Shown: piece after piece, positions 51,201 through 64,000 of the stretch
Numbering within the stretch: the stretch's first letter is position 1
Layout: the number at the start of each line of letters is the position of its first letter
Source of the DNA: the human T2T-CHM13v2.0 reference genome, Homo sapiens
DNA length: 64,000 bases
Assembly (NCBI RefSeq): GCF_009914755.1
Contig: NC_060925.1
Strand: one strand, 5' to 3'
Program-made: the position numbers and the translations under genes
The notes under the pieces: model-generated
What the model was told of the DNA's origin: nothing
Seen by the model: the letters and a program-made list of their open reading frames with translations, nothing else
The model's database searches: none

Positions 51201-53769
51201 ACGGCTCCAATGTTAGACGATGATCAGGAGCATGATGGTGACAACAATGATGATAATTTCCTTTTCCACACGGGCATAGTAGCTCAATAGAGAAATAAAT
51301 TAGCTTTAAATTTAAACTAACTCTATTTACTTATTACCAGCTTGTTCACTTAAGAAATAGGTAGACTATTATAGTTAAGATTTTAAACCTTAGATGTTTT
51401 GCCTTGGAGACAGTTTGGGATGAAAGAAAAATATATAAAAGCAAAAAAACAAAAAAAAAAAGCAACTTTTTACTTAAAACCTAGATTCTTTATTTTTCTT
51501 CCTACCACCACAATTGATTCTAAATCTCATGTATAATCCATTTTCTCTGCAAAAAGTATAACTCATGCACTCATTCCCTTCATGGAGACTTTATGAGGGC
51601 CTCATCATTGAACTTTCTGTCTTCTAATACGTGTACCCTTTTTGCATTGCATCAGAAGAAAAACTTCTAATTCACAGTCACCTCTAATTAAATACTCTTC
51701 TGGAACACACCACTGTCTGCTGAATAAAGACCAGATTTCCTTAGAATGACCATGGCAACTTTTTACAGTCTGATCTCAGTTCCTCAATTCATCCCCTACT
51801 CATCCCTACCAGCTTTTCATGGTCCTTCCTCATATCTATTCATTTTCTCTGGCTTTTTTCCTTGCCCAGGATCTTTTTCTGACTTACAGGTCTGGATAAA
51901 GACACAAGTTTTTGGCCTAAGTCTTAAGGTTCAGTTCAAAAGCTCTTTCTTAATAAAATGCCTCTTATCTTTATACTCTGACCTAATGATTTTCTTTTCC
52001 TTGGTCATAGAGTATTCTGTATTTCTATTAAAAGACATCACATTCTACTATAAAGCTATGGACACATCTTTCCAAAAAAGCAGTAGCTATATTTTAAATA
52101 AACAGTGATAAAAAATAATTGTGAAGTTCATAAACAAGGTAACCCTGATATGGGAAAATTGTTGGTAAACACATTTGAAACTATTCCATAGGATGTATTT
52201 TAATTCCTCCATGTTCCCATCCACGACCTGACTCTAAGGAGATAAAATAGAATCCTGTTGCTACGGGGGAAACCCAATTATTTAAACAACAAAGATTTTC
52301 TCTAGTTCAAGGTGAAAAACTTTCCTAATAAGTTGGTGCTCTTGAGCACAAAAAGATGAAATTAGATATAAGGGGGAGGCACTGAAACCCTTTTCAATGA
52401 ATTCTTATTGAGCGATCACAGTGATCCAAACTAGCAGAGGATCCTTGTGCCTATTAGTTACACAGAACTCATAGGCCAGGTACTATTTTGCTATTGAATC
52501 TGCAGTTTGGCTCTCCACAGTTACTCACGCTAAGCTATAAACATAAAAATGAAAAATGACCATAGGACGGTAAAAAGGGTACTCATATTGATGATATGAG
52601 AGGCATCTTTCATGTATGCCTAACACACTGCCAGTCACAGGTGCACACACTTAAACCTGCTTTCAAATAAATCTCTACTGACTTTCACTAGGAAAGGAGA
52701 AACGTGTCTGTTGGCAAGAGGTTCTCACTCCATTTGGGTTATTGGCAACTTTTATACAGAGACCATTTGGCAGACTCCATGACATCATGCAGGGATTTTA
52801 GATCTGATACTTGTTGTGCATGCATCTCTCATGTTTTAGGACAACATTCTGATCACAAACTATTCTCCTTTTTTTCAGTTATCATCAAATATTGAGACAC
52901 ATACAGAGGGGAAGGGAGGAGGAAGAGGAGGAGGAAATAGAATAAAATATCTGTAAGTCTCTTACAGGAAAATGTAATTTTTCTCACTTCTCCAGGCAAA
53001 CAGGATGACTTGGAACAACCGTTACATTTTTTCTTTTTTTTCACTATGCTCCTCTGCTCTCTACTCAAGAGGCTACCCTGTTAAATAAACTAAAATACAG
53101 AGTGATCGGATCTACTGATAAAACAAAGTAAGCTCTTTGTTGCTTCACCCAGCAAAGGTCACTTTCCCAGTGGCTTTCAGCTTCCCCAGGAAAGTCATAA
53201 TACTTTCCAAAGCACTCACATTCCCCCGCCTAGGATGTGTACTCAAACAGAGGTGTCTCTAGGAACTTCATCTCCGGTTTCACTACTAATTGGAAAATAC
53301 TGAGGGACAGAAGAAATCCCTCAGCAGTTTCCTCCTGGGACCCTGGTTGCGTACGTACACCAGCTCCTTAGTGAGAAGCAAAGGATGACCACTGTTAACC
53401 TGGCTTCCTCTCAAGATCCTCCAGAAAGAATTGGATAAACCATAGGCTACCTTCTTGCTCTAAATAACCTCCTCTTCAATTTTCACATCAGCTTATTAAA
53501 GGTAGAGAATCCTCCAGCTATACCACCTGCTTTCTTTGTTTCTCCGTGTATCAGTAGGCCTGTCTACAACAGCATTACCAAATTGTGTGTCTATTTATTG
53601 TCTGTACTTCACCTTGTTCTTTAAAAACTGTGTTTAATATTTACCTACATTATTATTTGCCCTATGTTTTATCTTTTAAAAACATGGAACACCAATTAGA
53701 AAGACACATTAAATGTCAACAATTAGTAAATTTCAGAGAATCAAAAATAACAGTAGAAAAAGTAGGATT

Positions 53770-54083
<314 letters not shown>

Positions 54084-54099
54084 AGAAAAAGTAGGATTA

Positions 54100-54365
54100 A
54101 GCCAGGTGTGATGGATCACACCTGTAGTCCTAGCACTTTGGGAGGCAAAGGTGGGCAGGTCGCTTGAGCTCTGGAGCTCAAGGCCAGCCTGGGCAACATG
54201 TTGAAACCCATCTGGCACACACCTGTAGTCCCAACTACTCAGGAGCCTGACGTGAGAGGATCACTTGAGCCCAGGAGGTTGAGGCTGCGGTGAGCTGAGA
54301 TCATGGAACAGCTCCCCAGCCTGGGTGACAGAGTGAGACACTGTCAAAAAAAGAGAAAAAAAATT
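54100..54365 (+). mobile_element. AluJ lacking the middle A-rich linker
   Basis: gcttgagcccaggaggttgaggctgc J motif; gaaaccccatct joined directly to ggcacacacctg. Confidence 0.88.
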
Positions 54366-54554
54366 AAGAAAGAGAGAGAGAAATAAGCAGGAAGGAAGGA
54401 AGAGAGAGAGAGAGAGAGAAGAAAGGCAGGAAGAAGGAAGGAAGGAAGGAAGGAAGGAAGGAAGGAAGGAAGGAAGGAAGGAAGGAAGGGAGGGAGGGAG
54501 GGAGGGAGGGAGGGAGGGAGGGAGGGGAAAGGAAGGAAGAAGGAAGGAAGGAAG

Positions 54555-54613
<59 letters not shown>

Positions 54614-54647
54614 AAAGAAAAGAAAAGAAAAGAAAGAAAGAAAGAAA
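54366..54647 (+). repeat. Compound polypurine microsatellite (GA)n/(GGAA)13/(GGGA)10/(GAAA)~15
   Basis: Read directly; extends from the AluJ tail. Confidence 0.95.
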
Positions 54648-54879
54648 CACAGACTAAGATCAAGCCATAGGTACAGGTAGGTAATTAGAAATTAGAATAC
54701 CTGCCATGTAGGCCCTTATACTCTGTTAGAGGCAGGCCATAGATATCAACTTCTGAACCTCCTGGTGTTTAAGGACACATGCCTATAGGAAATATAGCAC
54801 CTGAAATAAACTTCATAAAACTGTTTATTATGAATGTTTTCATATTGCAATGATGAAGGCAATGAACTAAATAGCCTAA

Positions 54880-55407
54880 AGAGTAAAAACATGTTATTAT
54901 GGGATTCCTTATTAAATAATACATAACAGGCAAGAAGAAAAGCCAACAGCATAAGTTTTCATAATTCAACCAAGTATAGAGACATCAGTTGTTACTTGAG
55001 CTCCATCATGTGTCATTATTATAATGACAGAAGTAGCAGCATCAAGAACTAGATCCCCACAATACATCTGTCTGAGAGCCTGTATCATTCATTGCCAAAT
55101 GTGATAAGAATGTGAAAGAATGCTACACTGATAATAGTTTTCATGGTGGAAAGAAAAGAAAAGCCATTAATCCAGAGCAAAAGTTAGAAATAATCAAGAA
55201 TAAACGTATGTAGGTATGTTAAGGTTTTATGACTATACATTTACAGATGTTTTTTAAACTCTTATTATTGAAATTCCTACAGGAAAAATAGCTATAATTA
55301 CAGATCTAAATTATCCTTTTTCCCAATACAATAATTATGCTTAAAACTCAATTTTTGATAGAAAAAGGCTTCTTAGAGTACAGCTACCACATTCTAGTAC
55401 AGACTGT
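54880..55407 (+). mobile_element. Ancient Tigger-like relic
   Basis: 55142-55210 encodes HGGKKRKAINPEQKLEIIKNKRM, like the pogo/CENP-B N-terminal HTH start; ends cagactg-TA; left boundary uncertain. Confidence 0.5.
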
Positions 55408-57383
55408 AAAATAAAGTAACCATATTTTCAAAGCAGAAATAACATATGGCTTGAAAAATAATATATGAATTTGGAAGTTTGTTTTTATAAAAGAGTACAA
55501 TTTATGTACATATTAAATTACATTTGATTTTAGATTTAATGGCTTTTTGGAAAATTTTTATGAAGTCAGGATTGTTACAGGAAAATTTGGAATGTAGATT
55601 TTGCTAGAGGTGGATGCTCTTAAGGACTGTTTAAAAAAAAGGTCTCACCCAAGTTTTTCATAGGAATCTATTCCTGTTCACATTTTTTTGATATGTGGTA
55701 AGGGATTGTATTTGGAGTCAGGGCTTTGCCACTGGCTAGTAACCTTGTTCCAATCATTTAGCTTCTAGAAAGTTTTATCTCCACATATGTAAAATAAAGG
55801 AAGACCTGGTCCACTGCATGCCTTACACTTTTGTGATGCTGTGGACTTTTGAGAAGAACACTGCTCACTTGTCCACTTTCAGCCACAGTACAGCTGCTTA
55901 GCTACAAGAAACTACAGGCCCAGCTCCACTCCTAACATGGGATTCATATCTGTCCTAGTGGACTGGAAATCAAGTCTTTGTGCCAATGCAAACTCACATA
56001 ACCATACTCTGATGGCCAGCACTTTGACCAGGTTAATTTAACCTGTCTAAATTTTCACCTTCTGCCTGCTCACTCCTCTAATTTTCACCTTCCCATGACC
56101 AGCTGGTATCATGGCTGTCTGTTTTGGTGACTGACAGCTAGGGACTCCAGCATGGTTTTTTATCTCCTAGGCATGGCTACTATCTGGGATGCTTGCTCTA
56201 ATACCTTACACTGTCTTCTTGTAACACAGTTTCTTAAGGCTTGTGTCTCTATAGAAACATGTCAGAAAATGCTATCTTATTATCCCTACCCCCAAATAAA
56301 TCTACAGTGGGGTCATTTCATTTATGAAAATACTCTGGAAACAAAGTTGATGCTCAGGCAACTGGTCTACCAGGGATAGCATGATTTTTTTTTTCTTCTC
56401 TGCAATACCTATGCACAAACTTGTATCTAGAAATCAACAATAAATGTGAAATGGAAGTCATTACCACTCACCGTCACAAATAATGTTTTCTTTCATTTTC
56501 CATATGGGCAACATAAAGGAGTGAAAATAACCATTGCTGTTATGCACTTGGTAGGTTTCCATCTAATAAAAAGCTTCATATCTGTAAAATGCCAATAACA
56601 TTCAGTCTATCCTTCCTCATTTCCAACTTCGAGATCTCATTTATCCCCTACTGTTTTCAGGGGTTGACTGAACTTGTATCCACACCAAAACCTTCCATGC
56701 CCAAGATACTAGTGAGTTACAACCAATAAGTATTAAGAGAATTACAGAAATTTTGCATATTTACTTTGACAGGATACAAAGATACTATCATTAGAAAAGT
56801 GAGAAAAGTCTGTTTGAGTGGGAAGAAAAGCATTCTGTCAATAAGATCAGAACATGTACAATAGTCAGTTGGTTGCTTACGGAGTTTAAAATTTCCAAAT
56901 GCTTTAGAGCCCAGTTATACTGCCTGGGAGTCTTCAGAGATGGGATACCCATCACTAATATTAATATTGATGGTAATAAAACCTGTCTCCTTCCAGCATT
57001 ACCCTACACAAAAGAGTTCTTCTTGTGATAATGCAATGAAGCGCTAATCCTCTACAAAGGGCTCGGTGATATCAGAATACCATACGTTCCCTTTAATGTT
57101 ATTCCATAATGACCATAAAGTGCCTAATTGTCAATAACCACTTAAGAAACAGGTTCTCTTGGGTCCTTAAGTGCTGGATAATGTGGTGCTGTCCTCAGTA
57201 CCAGGTAAAAGGAAGATTTTTTTTAGCTCTAGGAACTTAGGTGAAATCCTGGAAACATTTGACAATGTTTCTTGTGTGCTGCTGGTGGATGGATCATAGA
57301 TATAAAACATACATGATGGTTTATAACTAGGCTTTCCCATTGTATAGCAGCAAGTGCTAATCAATAAGTCAATAAAAACTTGA

Positions 57384-57717
<334 letters not shown>

Positions 57718-57839
57718 CTTGATGGCAATTGCTAACTCAAGTGAGGGCCCATAACTCTCTCATCTGATATGACCTGCTATTAGTGGTAGATGTCACACAT
57801 CTGAGGGTGAAAGGGAATATACCACATGATCTATCAGAT

Positions 57840-58160
57840 TCAAAAAACAACATGATGAAAAGCCAAATTGAATTTAATAACATGTAATTAAGTAGATTTA
57901 TGTATAAAGCCAGTGTGTGGGTTTAAATAACCCATCACTTGAAGACATACCAGTTATACAGAAGCTTATCTGAAACAAACCTGAAGTCTCCCTTTGACTG
58001 CAAGCTCAGTGTGACCTGAAAGTGTAACGGGGACAATAAAACAATGAAGCTCTTGAAAACACTCATGCATTAACAGAATTAGAGTATCCAGAAAGTGGGT
58101 TGTAAAAGTTCCACTGTACACTCTATTAGTCAAGCTACCCCTATAGCTATATTTGTTTAT
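57840..58160 (+). mobile_element. L3/CR1 LINE fragment
   Basis: tgactgcaagctcagtgtg...cattaacagaattagagtatccagaaag...ccactgtacactctattagtcaag. Confidence 0.55.
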
Positions 58161-58237
58161 GGAAACTCTCTTCCACCCTAGAATCTAAAGGCATATATTC
58201 TTCCACACCACACAGCAAAATAAAACGCTGTTTCTCA

Positions 58238-58419
58238 ACAGACTCTGGGGACTCCAACAGCAGGGAGGGAGGTGTCAGGGGCAAGGGTTGAAAAACTACC
58301 TATTGGGTACTATGTTCACTATTTGAGTGATGCTTTCAATAAAAGTCCAAACCACAGCATTATGCAATATACTCATGTAACAAACCTGCACACATACCCC
58401 CTAAATCTATTTTTAAAAA
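58238..58419 (+). mobile_element. L1PB-like 3' end
   Basis: gggttgaaaaactacctattgggtactatgttcactatttg...catgtaacaaacctgcacacataccccctaaatcta. Confidence 0.88.
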
Positions 58420-58814
58420 CCCTGTTTGTATTTACATGTAACATTGATTTTCATTGGTCCATTAGTACATCTCTATTTAGCTTGACTTTTCCATGATTCC
58501 TATATTAAATGTGTTCTTCAGTAGAATTTTCCTTCTATTTATTTAAACTCCTTGTTCCAGCAAATGTCAAAAGCCAACTAAAGAGGCACTTTAAAGATGC
58601 TGCCAACTTCAGATCCTCTCTATCAAAAATGGAAGAAAGTCTAATTTAAGAAAGAGGGTATTTCCACTCACCCATTGTGCTGCTGATTATTGAACTGGAA
58701 GTAACCACAAGGTCTGCAAAACCTCTGAACTTCATTTTGAGGAAGAAGAAATGCTAATCAAAATTTACTTAGAATCTATTAAATTTAAAGTATTATAATA
58801 TAATGATTGAAAGA

Positions 58815-58980
58815 ATGGACTTAAAAAAAATCTAGGTTTGAATCCTGGCTCTGCTACATGCAACTTAGCTTTGGCATGTTCCTTAACTTCTCCAAATCTG
58901 TGAGTAGTTTAAGGATTAAGTTATTAATATATAGCATATGTAAAGTGCTTAGCATAGTGACTCACATATGATAAAGGTAC
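58815..58980 (+). mobile_element. MIR
   Basis: ctaggtttgaatcctggctctgctac...gtaaagtgcttagcatagtgactcacata. Confidence 0.75.
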
Positions 58981-59689
58981 AATATAGTTTCACTATTATG
59001 TTGCTGCCATTGATATTATATTATTATTATTACTTATTCACTTGCATACTGTGAGACAAAGTTTAGACTTGAGATTTAGCAATTGTGTTTGTTACTCTAG
59101 TTCTGTATTTACTTACTAGTTACACCTAATGCAGTATTTCTAACAGGAGGAATGTAAATAAGCCACTCTTCAGGGGTAGAGCTCTTGACAATTTTACTGT
59201 CAGCTGGAAATTTGACCAGGAATGTTTCAGAGAGAAGCAAAATGAGCAATACAGCTTCTATTCAGATATCCAGAGTTAGGGAGGCGTAAGGTGATTATTC
59301 ATTCATTCACAGCAGAAAGATGTATGGTAATGCAGAGACGAAAAATATCAGTGTCACTAGAGAAGCATCAATAACATGCTGAGGGATTTCAGCAGATGCA
59401 GGAGGAAACCTGCTGGCCTGGGAATGTTTAATTTGTAATGGACTAAGAGAACAATCGAGTTTCCAAAATTGTACTTTGGCTACTTCCATTGCTGAATTTC
59501 CTTTCCAGCCACTGCCCCCTCGACCTCTGTTACAGTCTTTACATTTTTATGAGGTTGACTTTCAAACATTTATTCCAAAGAGCACCGTGTAGTTTTTAAA
59601 AGTAATCATGCAAGGAACAGTAATGGAAATCGTAAGCACAGGACTGGAGTTAAGTGAAGCATCAGCCAGTTAGGGGCTGTCTAGAGGAG

Positions 59690-60050
59690 GCCCACAGGAA
59701 GGATAATGGATCTGCAAACCACATCATGTGACATATGATTAAATGAAACAGAAACATTAATCCTGGAAAAGAGAAGGCTTAGGGAGGCCATGATTGATGT
59801 TTTGGTGTAGGTGACGTGATCTTGTGTGAAAGGAGATTAGATATCCTATGTAAATCCAGAAATGTACATTAGAACCATGGGAAAGAATGCCAGAAAAATA
59901 GATTTTATATTAATGTAAGGAACTAATTTATAATCGTTTGAGGTGTCCAACCAAGACTTCCTCCTGAAGATGTGGACTCCTTCCCACTAAAAGAAGTCAT
60001 AGAGAGGGAGAAAATTCTGGCATGCGGGAGAGGGAGGACTGAATGAGACA
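59690..60050 (+). mobile_element. L3/CR1 3' fragment
   Basis: cctggaaaagagaaggcttagggaggccatgattg...gattttatattaatgtaaggaac. Confidence 0.55.
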
Positions 60051-61494
60051 ACTTCCGCGGCCCCTTCACCATCTAAGAGTCCATGAAGTATCTAACACAA
60101 CGAAACATTTCCTTTTTAGAGAAAACCTAATTAATTGTGGAAAGCTGTTAGGAAAACTTGATTGTGTTTTATATCTCCCATCTGCATATCTGTAAGCAAA
60201 CCAAAAGCAGAAACTTACTGGCAGCTTCACCTTCTTTGGCGAGTTTAGTATTGTCAATACAGTAAAGCCTCTCAATTCTGCATGCAATTTGACATGAACA
60301 GAAGGAAGAAAAAAAATTAGAATTCCACCTTCAGAACCACCTAGGAGGGTGTCTGACATTGAACAGGTAATGAACAATGAACAGGCCCATTTCCCCAGCA
60401 GCCTTTGTTTTCCCTGCCACCTGCAAGGGATGGACAGTTTTATTTCACAATGATGAACAGTGATGTCGGGCTGAGCCCTCCACTCTGTCTCAATTCACTC
60501 CCCACCTGGAGGGAAAGGGATAACAAATACAAGGTCTTATTTTGTTTTTGAAGGGTCTTTCACGGACAGGAAAAGCAGCTGTTGTAGTTTAGAACAGACT
60601 TCAAAAGCAGATCAATAGAGAGCCAGACCCAGGTGCTCCTTAAAGGCATCGACTGCTACAATATTGTCATTTGCCTCCCTTAGCTTTCTCTACCACTTTC
60701 CTCTCAAGCCCTGCTAGACTACTGGTTTTGATAGAGTAACACTCTGTTGTGAGATGGGATTGTTTAAATGAGAGAAAGTTCACATGTGGAAATCTGCCAT
60801 GGGGAATCTAGCAGTAACTAGATATGTCCCATTTGGGTCATTCCAATTTTTATTTCAAGTCTGTTAGAACAGATGTATTCAAAATGACATCTAGATAAGG
60901 CCAGGCGGATAAGAAGAGACTTCAGCTGGGACAAGAACTACTTTGTGAGTTAGAAAATTGGGTTCATGTTTCCATGTTTATAATCTTGGCTAAGTCTGTA
61001 ACTGATATTCCTCATCTACCATATACAATGAGGACTGCTGTGAGGACTAAAAGGAAATAATATCTCTGGAAACACTATGTAAAATCCAAAACACTGTGTA
61101 AGTCTTAGATACGGCACTCTTTTACTACACATAATGGTCATGGTTTGACTGAAATCTCAACAATTTTACAGCGAATTAAGGGAATTCACTGTATTTTCTT
61201 ATTTTCATTAAGGATATTAAAACTATTTATATAGATAATATACTCTATTAGCAAGATTATTAAAAAGCAATTTTTAGCTTTGGATATCTTCTCCAGTACA
61301 AAGCTTTTCTCTTTATTTTTGCATCTTAGTTGTCTCTTCTTAACAGAAAAATGATCCTTTGTATTTCCGTATGTTAATAAGTTTCTGTGAAAGTTAGATG
61401 ACTTCCTTACAAATAGTAATTAATATTATTGTAATAGCAATTATAATATTATAGTTTTATAAACATTGGTGCTGTGATGTCAAACCAGATTAAT

Positions 61495-61560
61495 ATATTG
61501 ATCTGTATATACATATATATAGTATATACATACATATATGTATATGTATATATGTATACT
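61495..61560. repeat. (TA/CA/TG) quasi-palindromic microsatellite
   Basis: gtatatacatatatatagtatatacatacatatatgtatatgtatatatgtatac. Confidence 0.8.
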
Positions 61561-63184
61561 CTTGAAAGTATTTTAGTACTCCGTCGCTTCCCCAAAAAGG
61601 TAAACTAGATATTAAAACTCTACCTAGGATAAACAGATAATGGACAAGAAGAGTAAAAGCTTTTTCACAATTCTTAGCTTCTGCACTGAAGTTATGAAGA
61701 TCGTGGTTAACTAAAAAGTTAAAAATCTTTTTCCCATAAAGAGTAATCAAGATTTCCACTAATCACAAGGCCGGTGGTTGAAATAGCAAGATTCATCCTC
61801 AGGCTTGCACTTTCTTGTTGCTGGAGAGCAATGGGGATGGGGAAACTCTCGGTACCACGGTCCTGGGATTGGCTGGGTCATAAAGATCATTCCACAACAT
61901 GGGATTCTTTGATCATCTCAGTGATACTCCCCCCAGCCTCAAATGCTCAGGGCCTCTGAGCCAGTCCACCTCTCAGAAGAGGAAACCTAATATCCCGCAG
62001 GGGCCCATTCCACAGTGAAAGGCTGTTAGTTGGAAAGTTCTTTTTACCTTGCAGGGCAATACAGTGGGAAGGGACTATCCAGTAAAACTCCTCCAAAACA
62101 GTAGTAACCACTCAATTCATGAAGTTCTCTTTCTATACTGCAGTTTTCTAAAGTAACATAAAAATATCCACGGATTTTTCACTTTCCTTTGAATGCGGTG
62201 ACCATTCCTTACCTTTACCAAAGAAATTGCAAGAAAAAAAATAGAAAAAAAAGAGCATCTCTTGGCAAAAGGTCCCATCAGTAATTCTAGTTATAGAATC
62301 CCTTCAAGAATCATTAATTGTGTTACACTACAGAATAAACCAAATATTTATTTCTGCAAGCATCATTAAATTATGACATATTAGAAGTCATTAACAATCA
62401 GCAGGCAAGGGCACTGGGTTCTGCCAGTTTAATGTTCTGAACAATCAAAAATAATATCCATGGGGCAATTAATTTCCTGCACATTGATTATTCCAATCTC
62501 CACACTAATAAGTGGGGCTAAACCAAGTAAAATCAAAACAGCACAGCAAAAAACTGCAGACTGATCCCACTTGTAAAGGGGAGTCTGTAACCTTGACAGA
62601 TGAATTGTATTTCCTAAGTTACAGGGGGAGAGGAGGAAGTTATTCCAGCACCCTAAATGGTATCTTGAGGAGCTAGCATGATCCTTACATCCACTATACC
62701 CCTTTCACACACAGAGATACATGCACATTTCACAAATGTAAGAATTAAGATTCAACAGATTGTCCAAATCAAGCCCCTAGTAATAATGTCGGGACCAGGA
62801 TCTTTGGATTAGTTCTATGTACTTTCCACTCTGTGGGCAATTCAATGGATGTTTAATGATTCTGGAATTGGAGAAAAAACAATTTCTATTAATTCAACAA
62901 GTTCCACAGCAAACTGCAAAACTGCCACTTTTCTCTGGGTTTGAGGAACTACTTATTCATAAAATATTAGTCAACCAATGTATCAAATCTGTTGTTAAAA
63001 TGTTATCCAGAATTCTAACCCTTTCTTCCTTCATACATTCTTTAATCTGTCAGGCATTTAATAAATATCCACTAAATTTATCAAGTGATGTGTTAGGTCC
63101 TATTGGAACACACAAAAATCACAAAAAGATCCTGTTCTTAAAGAGCTCAAAAGATTTTAAAACACACACACACACACACACGCA

Positions 63185-63380
63185 GAGTGATGTGCTGGTA
63201 GATGCTCTTCATCAACCAGTTTTCCAGGGGCTGCAGGAGAAGCCTTGATTTACAGCATTTGCCACTTCCCATGATACAAATACTCCAACCATGGCTAATT
63301 TCAATTTTTCAACATCAATATGGGGTTGTGGATTCAGGGAGATATTAAAAACTGTCTAAACTGGCTCTAGTGCACCACTA
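63185..63380 (-). mobile_element. MER63A-like hAT element
   Basis: gtgatgtgctggtagatg...gccttgatttacagcatttgcc...aaatactccaaccatggctaatttcaa...gcaccacta. Confidence 0.75.
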
Positions 63381-64000
63381 CTGATACACTGCTGATATGA
63401 GTGTGTGTTTCACTATATAAAAGAACTAATCAAATATTTTAGAGTTGTTATGTTAGAGTAGTGTGATTATGATTGCTTCTTCTTCTTCTTTTTCCTTTTT
63501 TTTATAGCATCCAACATTTTTTATGAAGAAGACTTTTTTTAAAGATAAGTACTAGTAGCAAGATTCTTATCCCAGACCACTTTTTCTACATAGCCTTGGT
63601 ATAACCAAAATTATCTGAGGAGTAGAGAGGCTAAAATATTTTGATGGCACATCAGATTCGCTTTAGAGCCACATGTCCCAGTAGAACTAAGAAAGGAAAT
63701 GCTGCAGAGAGTGTCCAACTTCTAAGAGGCATCATCAGACTTCATTTAGCACTAAGTCTTCCTGAGCCCCACCTATGTGACCATATGACCACCTAGATCT
63801 TACAAAATATATTTGCAGAGCATGCCACCTCCACACATTCTTAAGATTTTGAAATATTCAATCATAGGATGTATGTGAAAGAAGGGGAGGAAGTAGAAAC
63901 TAAGAGAAGGATAATCCCTAAAACATAGGAATCCAGACAGAAATATTATTGCTTCTGCAGAAACCCTAGGACAGGATTGAATGACTCACCACCTGTTTGG

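Noticed and set aside
54261-54663. Phe/Leu/Ser/Pro-rich ORFs (129, 99 aa)
   Set aside because: Translation of the pyrimidine strand of the microsatellite plus Alu sequence.
62817-63248. 143-aa ORF
   Set aside because: Runs through L2-like sequence, a CA repeat and MER63; no recognisable homology.

Overview
Primate DNA, almost certainly human (it carries an AluYb-lineage element with the diagnostic 7-bp GCAGTCC duplication). It is AT-rich, repeat-dense and intronic or intergenic. I cannot support any intact protein-coding gene, RNA gene or CRISPR array. The only gene-derived sequence I recognise is a frameshifted processed RPL36 pseudogene (minus strand, about 32.64-33.03 kb). The rest is about 15 Alu elements, old and younger L1 fragments, L2/MIR/L3 relics, four MaLR/ERVL solo LTRs, many DNA transposons (Tigger1, Tigger2, Tigger3b, Tigger13a, an older Tigger-like relic, three MER63) and several microsatellites. 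The most unusual structure is a cluster of old, locally templated copy events in the first 22 kb: a gap-free 248-bp direct duplicate inserted into an old L1, a 370-bp inverted duplicate of part of the resident Tigger3b, a 40-bp spacer copy inserted into the same Tigger3b, and an L1 piece captured inside Tigger2. Other points of interest are a MIR carrying three CACGTG E-boxes, a (GGAA)13/(GGGA)10 polypurine tract, and a few exon-like segments I could not assign to a gene. I found no evidence for a novel multi-gene biological system. Repeat subfamily calls come from recalled consensus sequences, and old-element boundaries are approximate.
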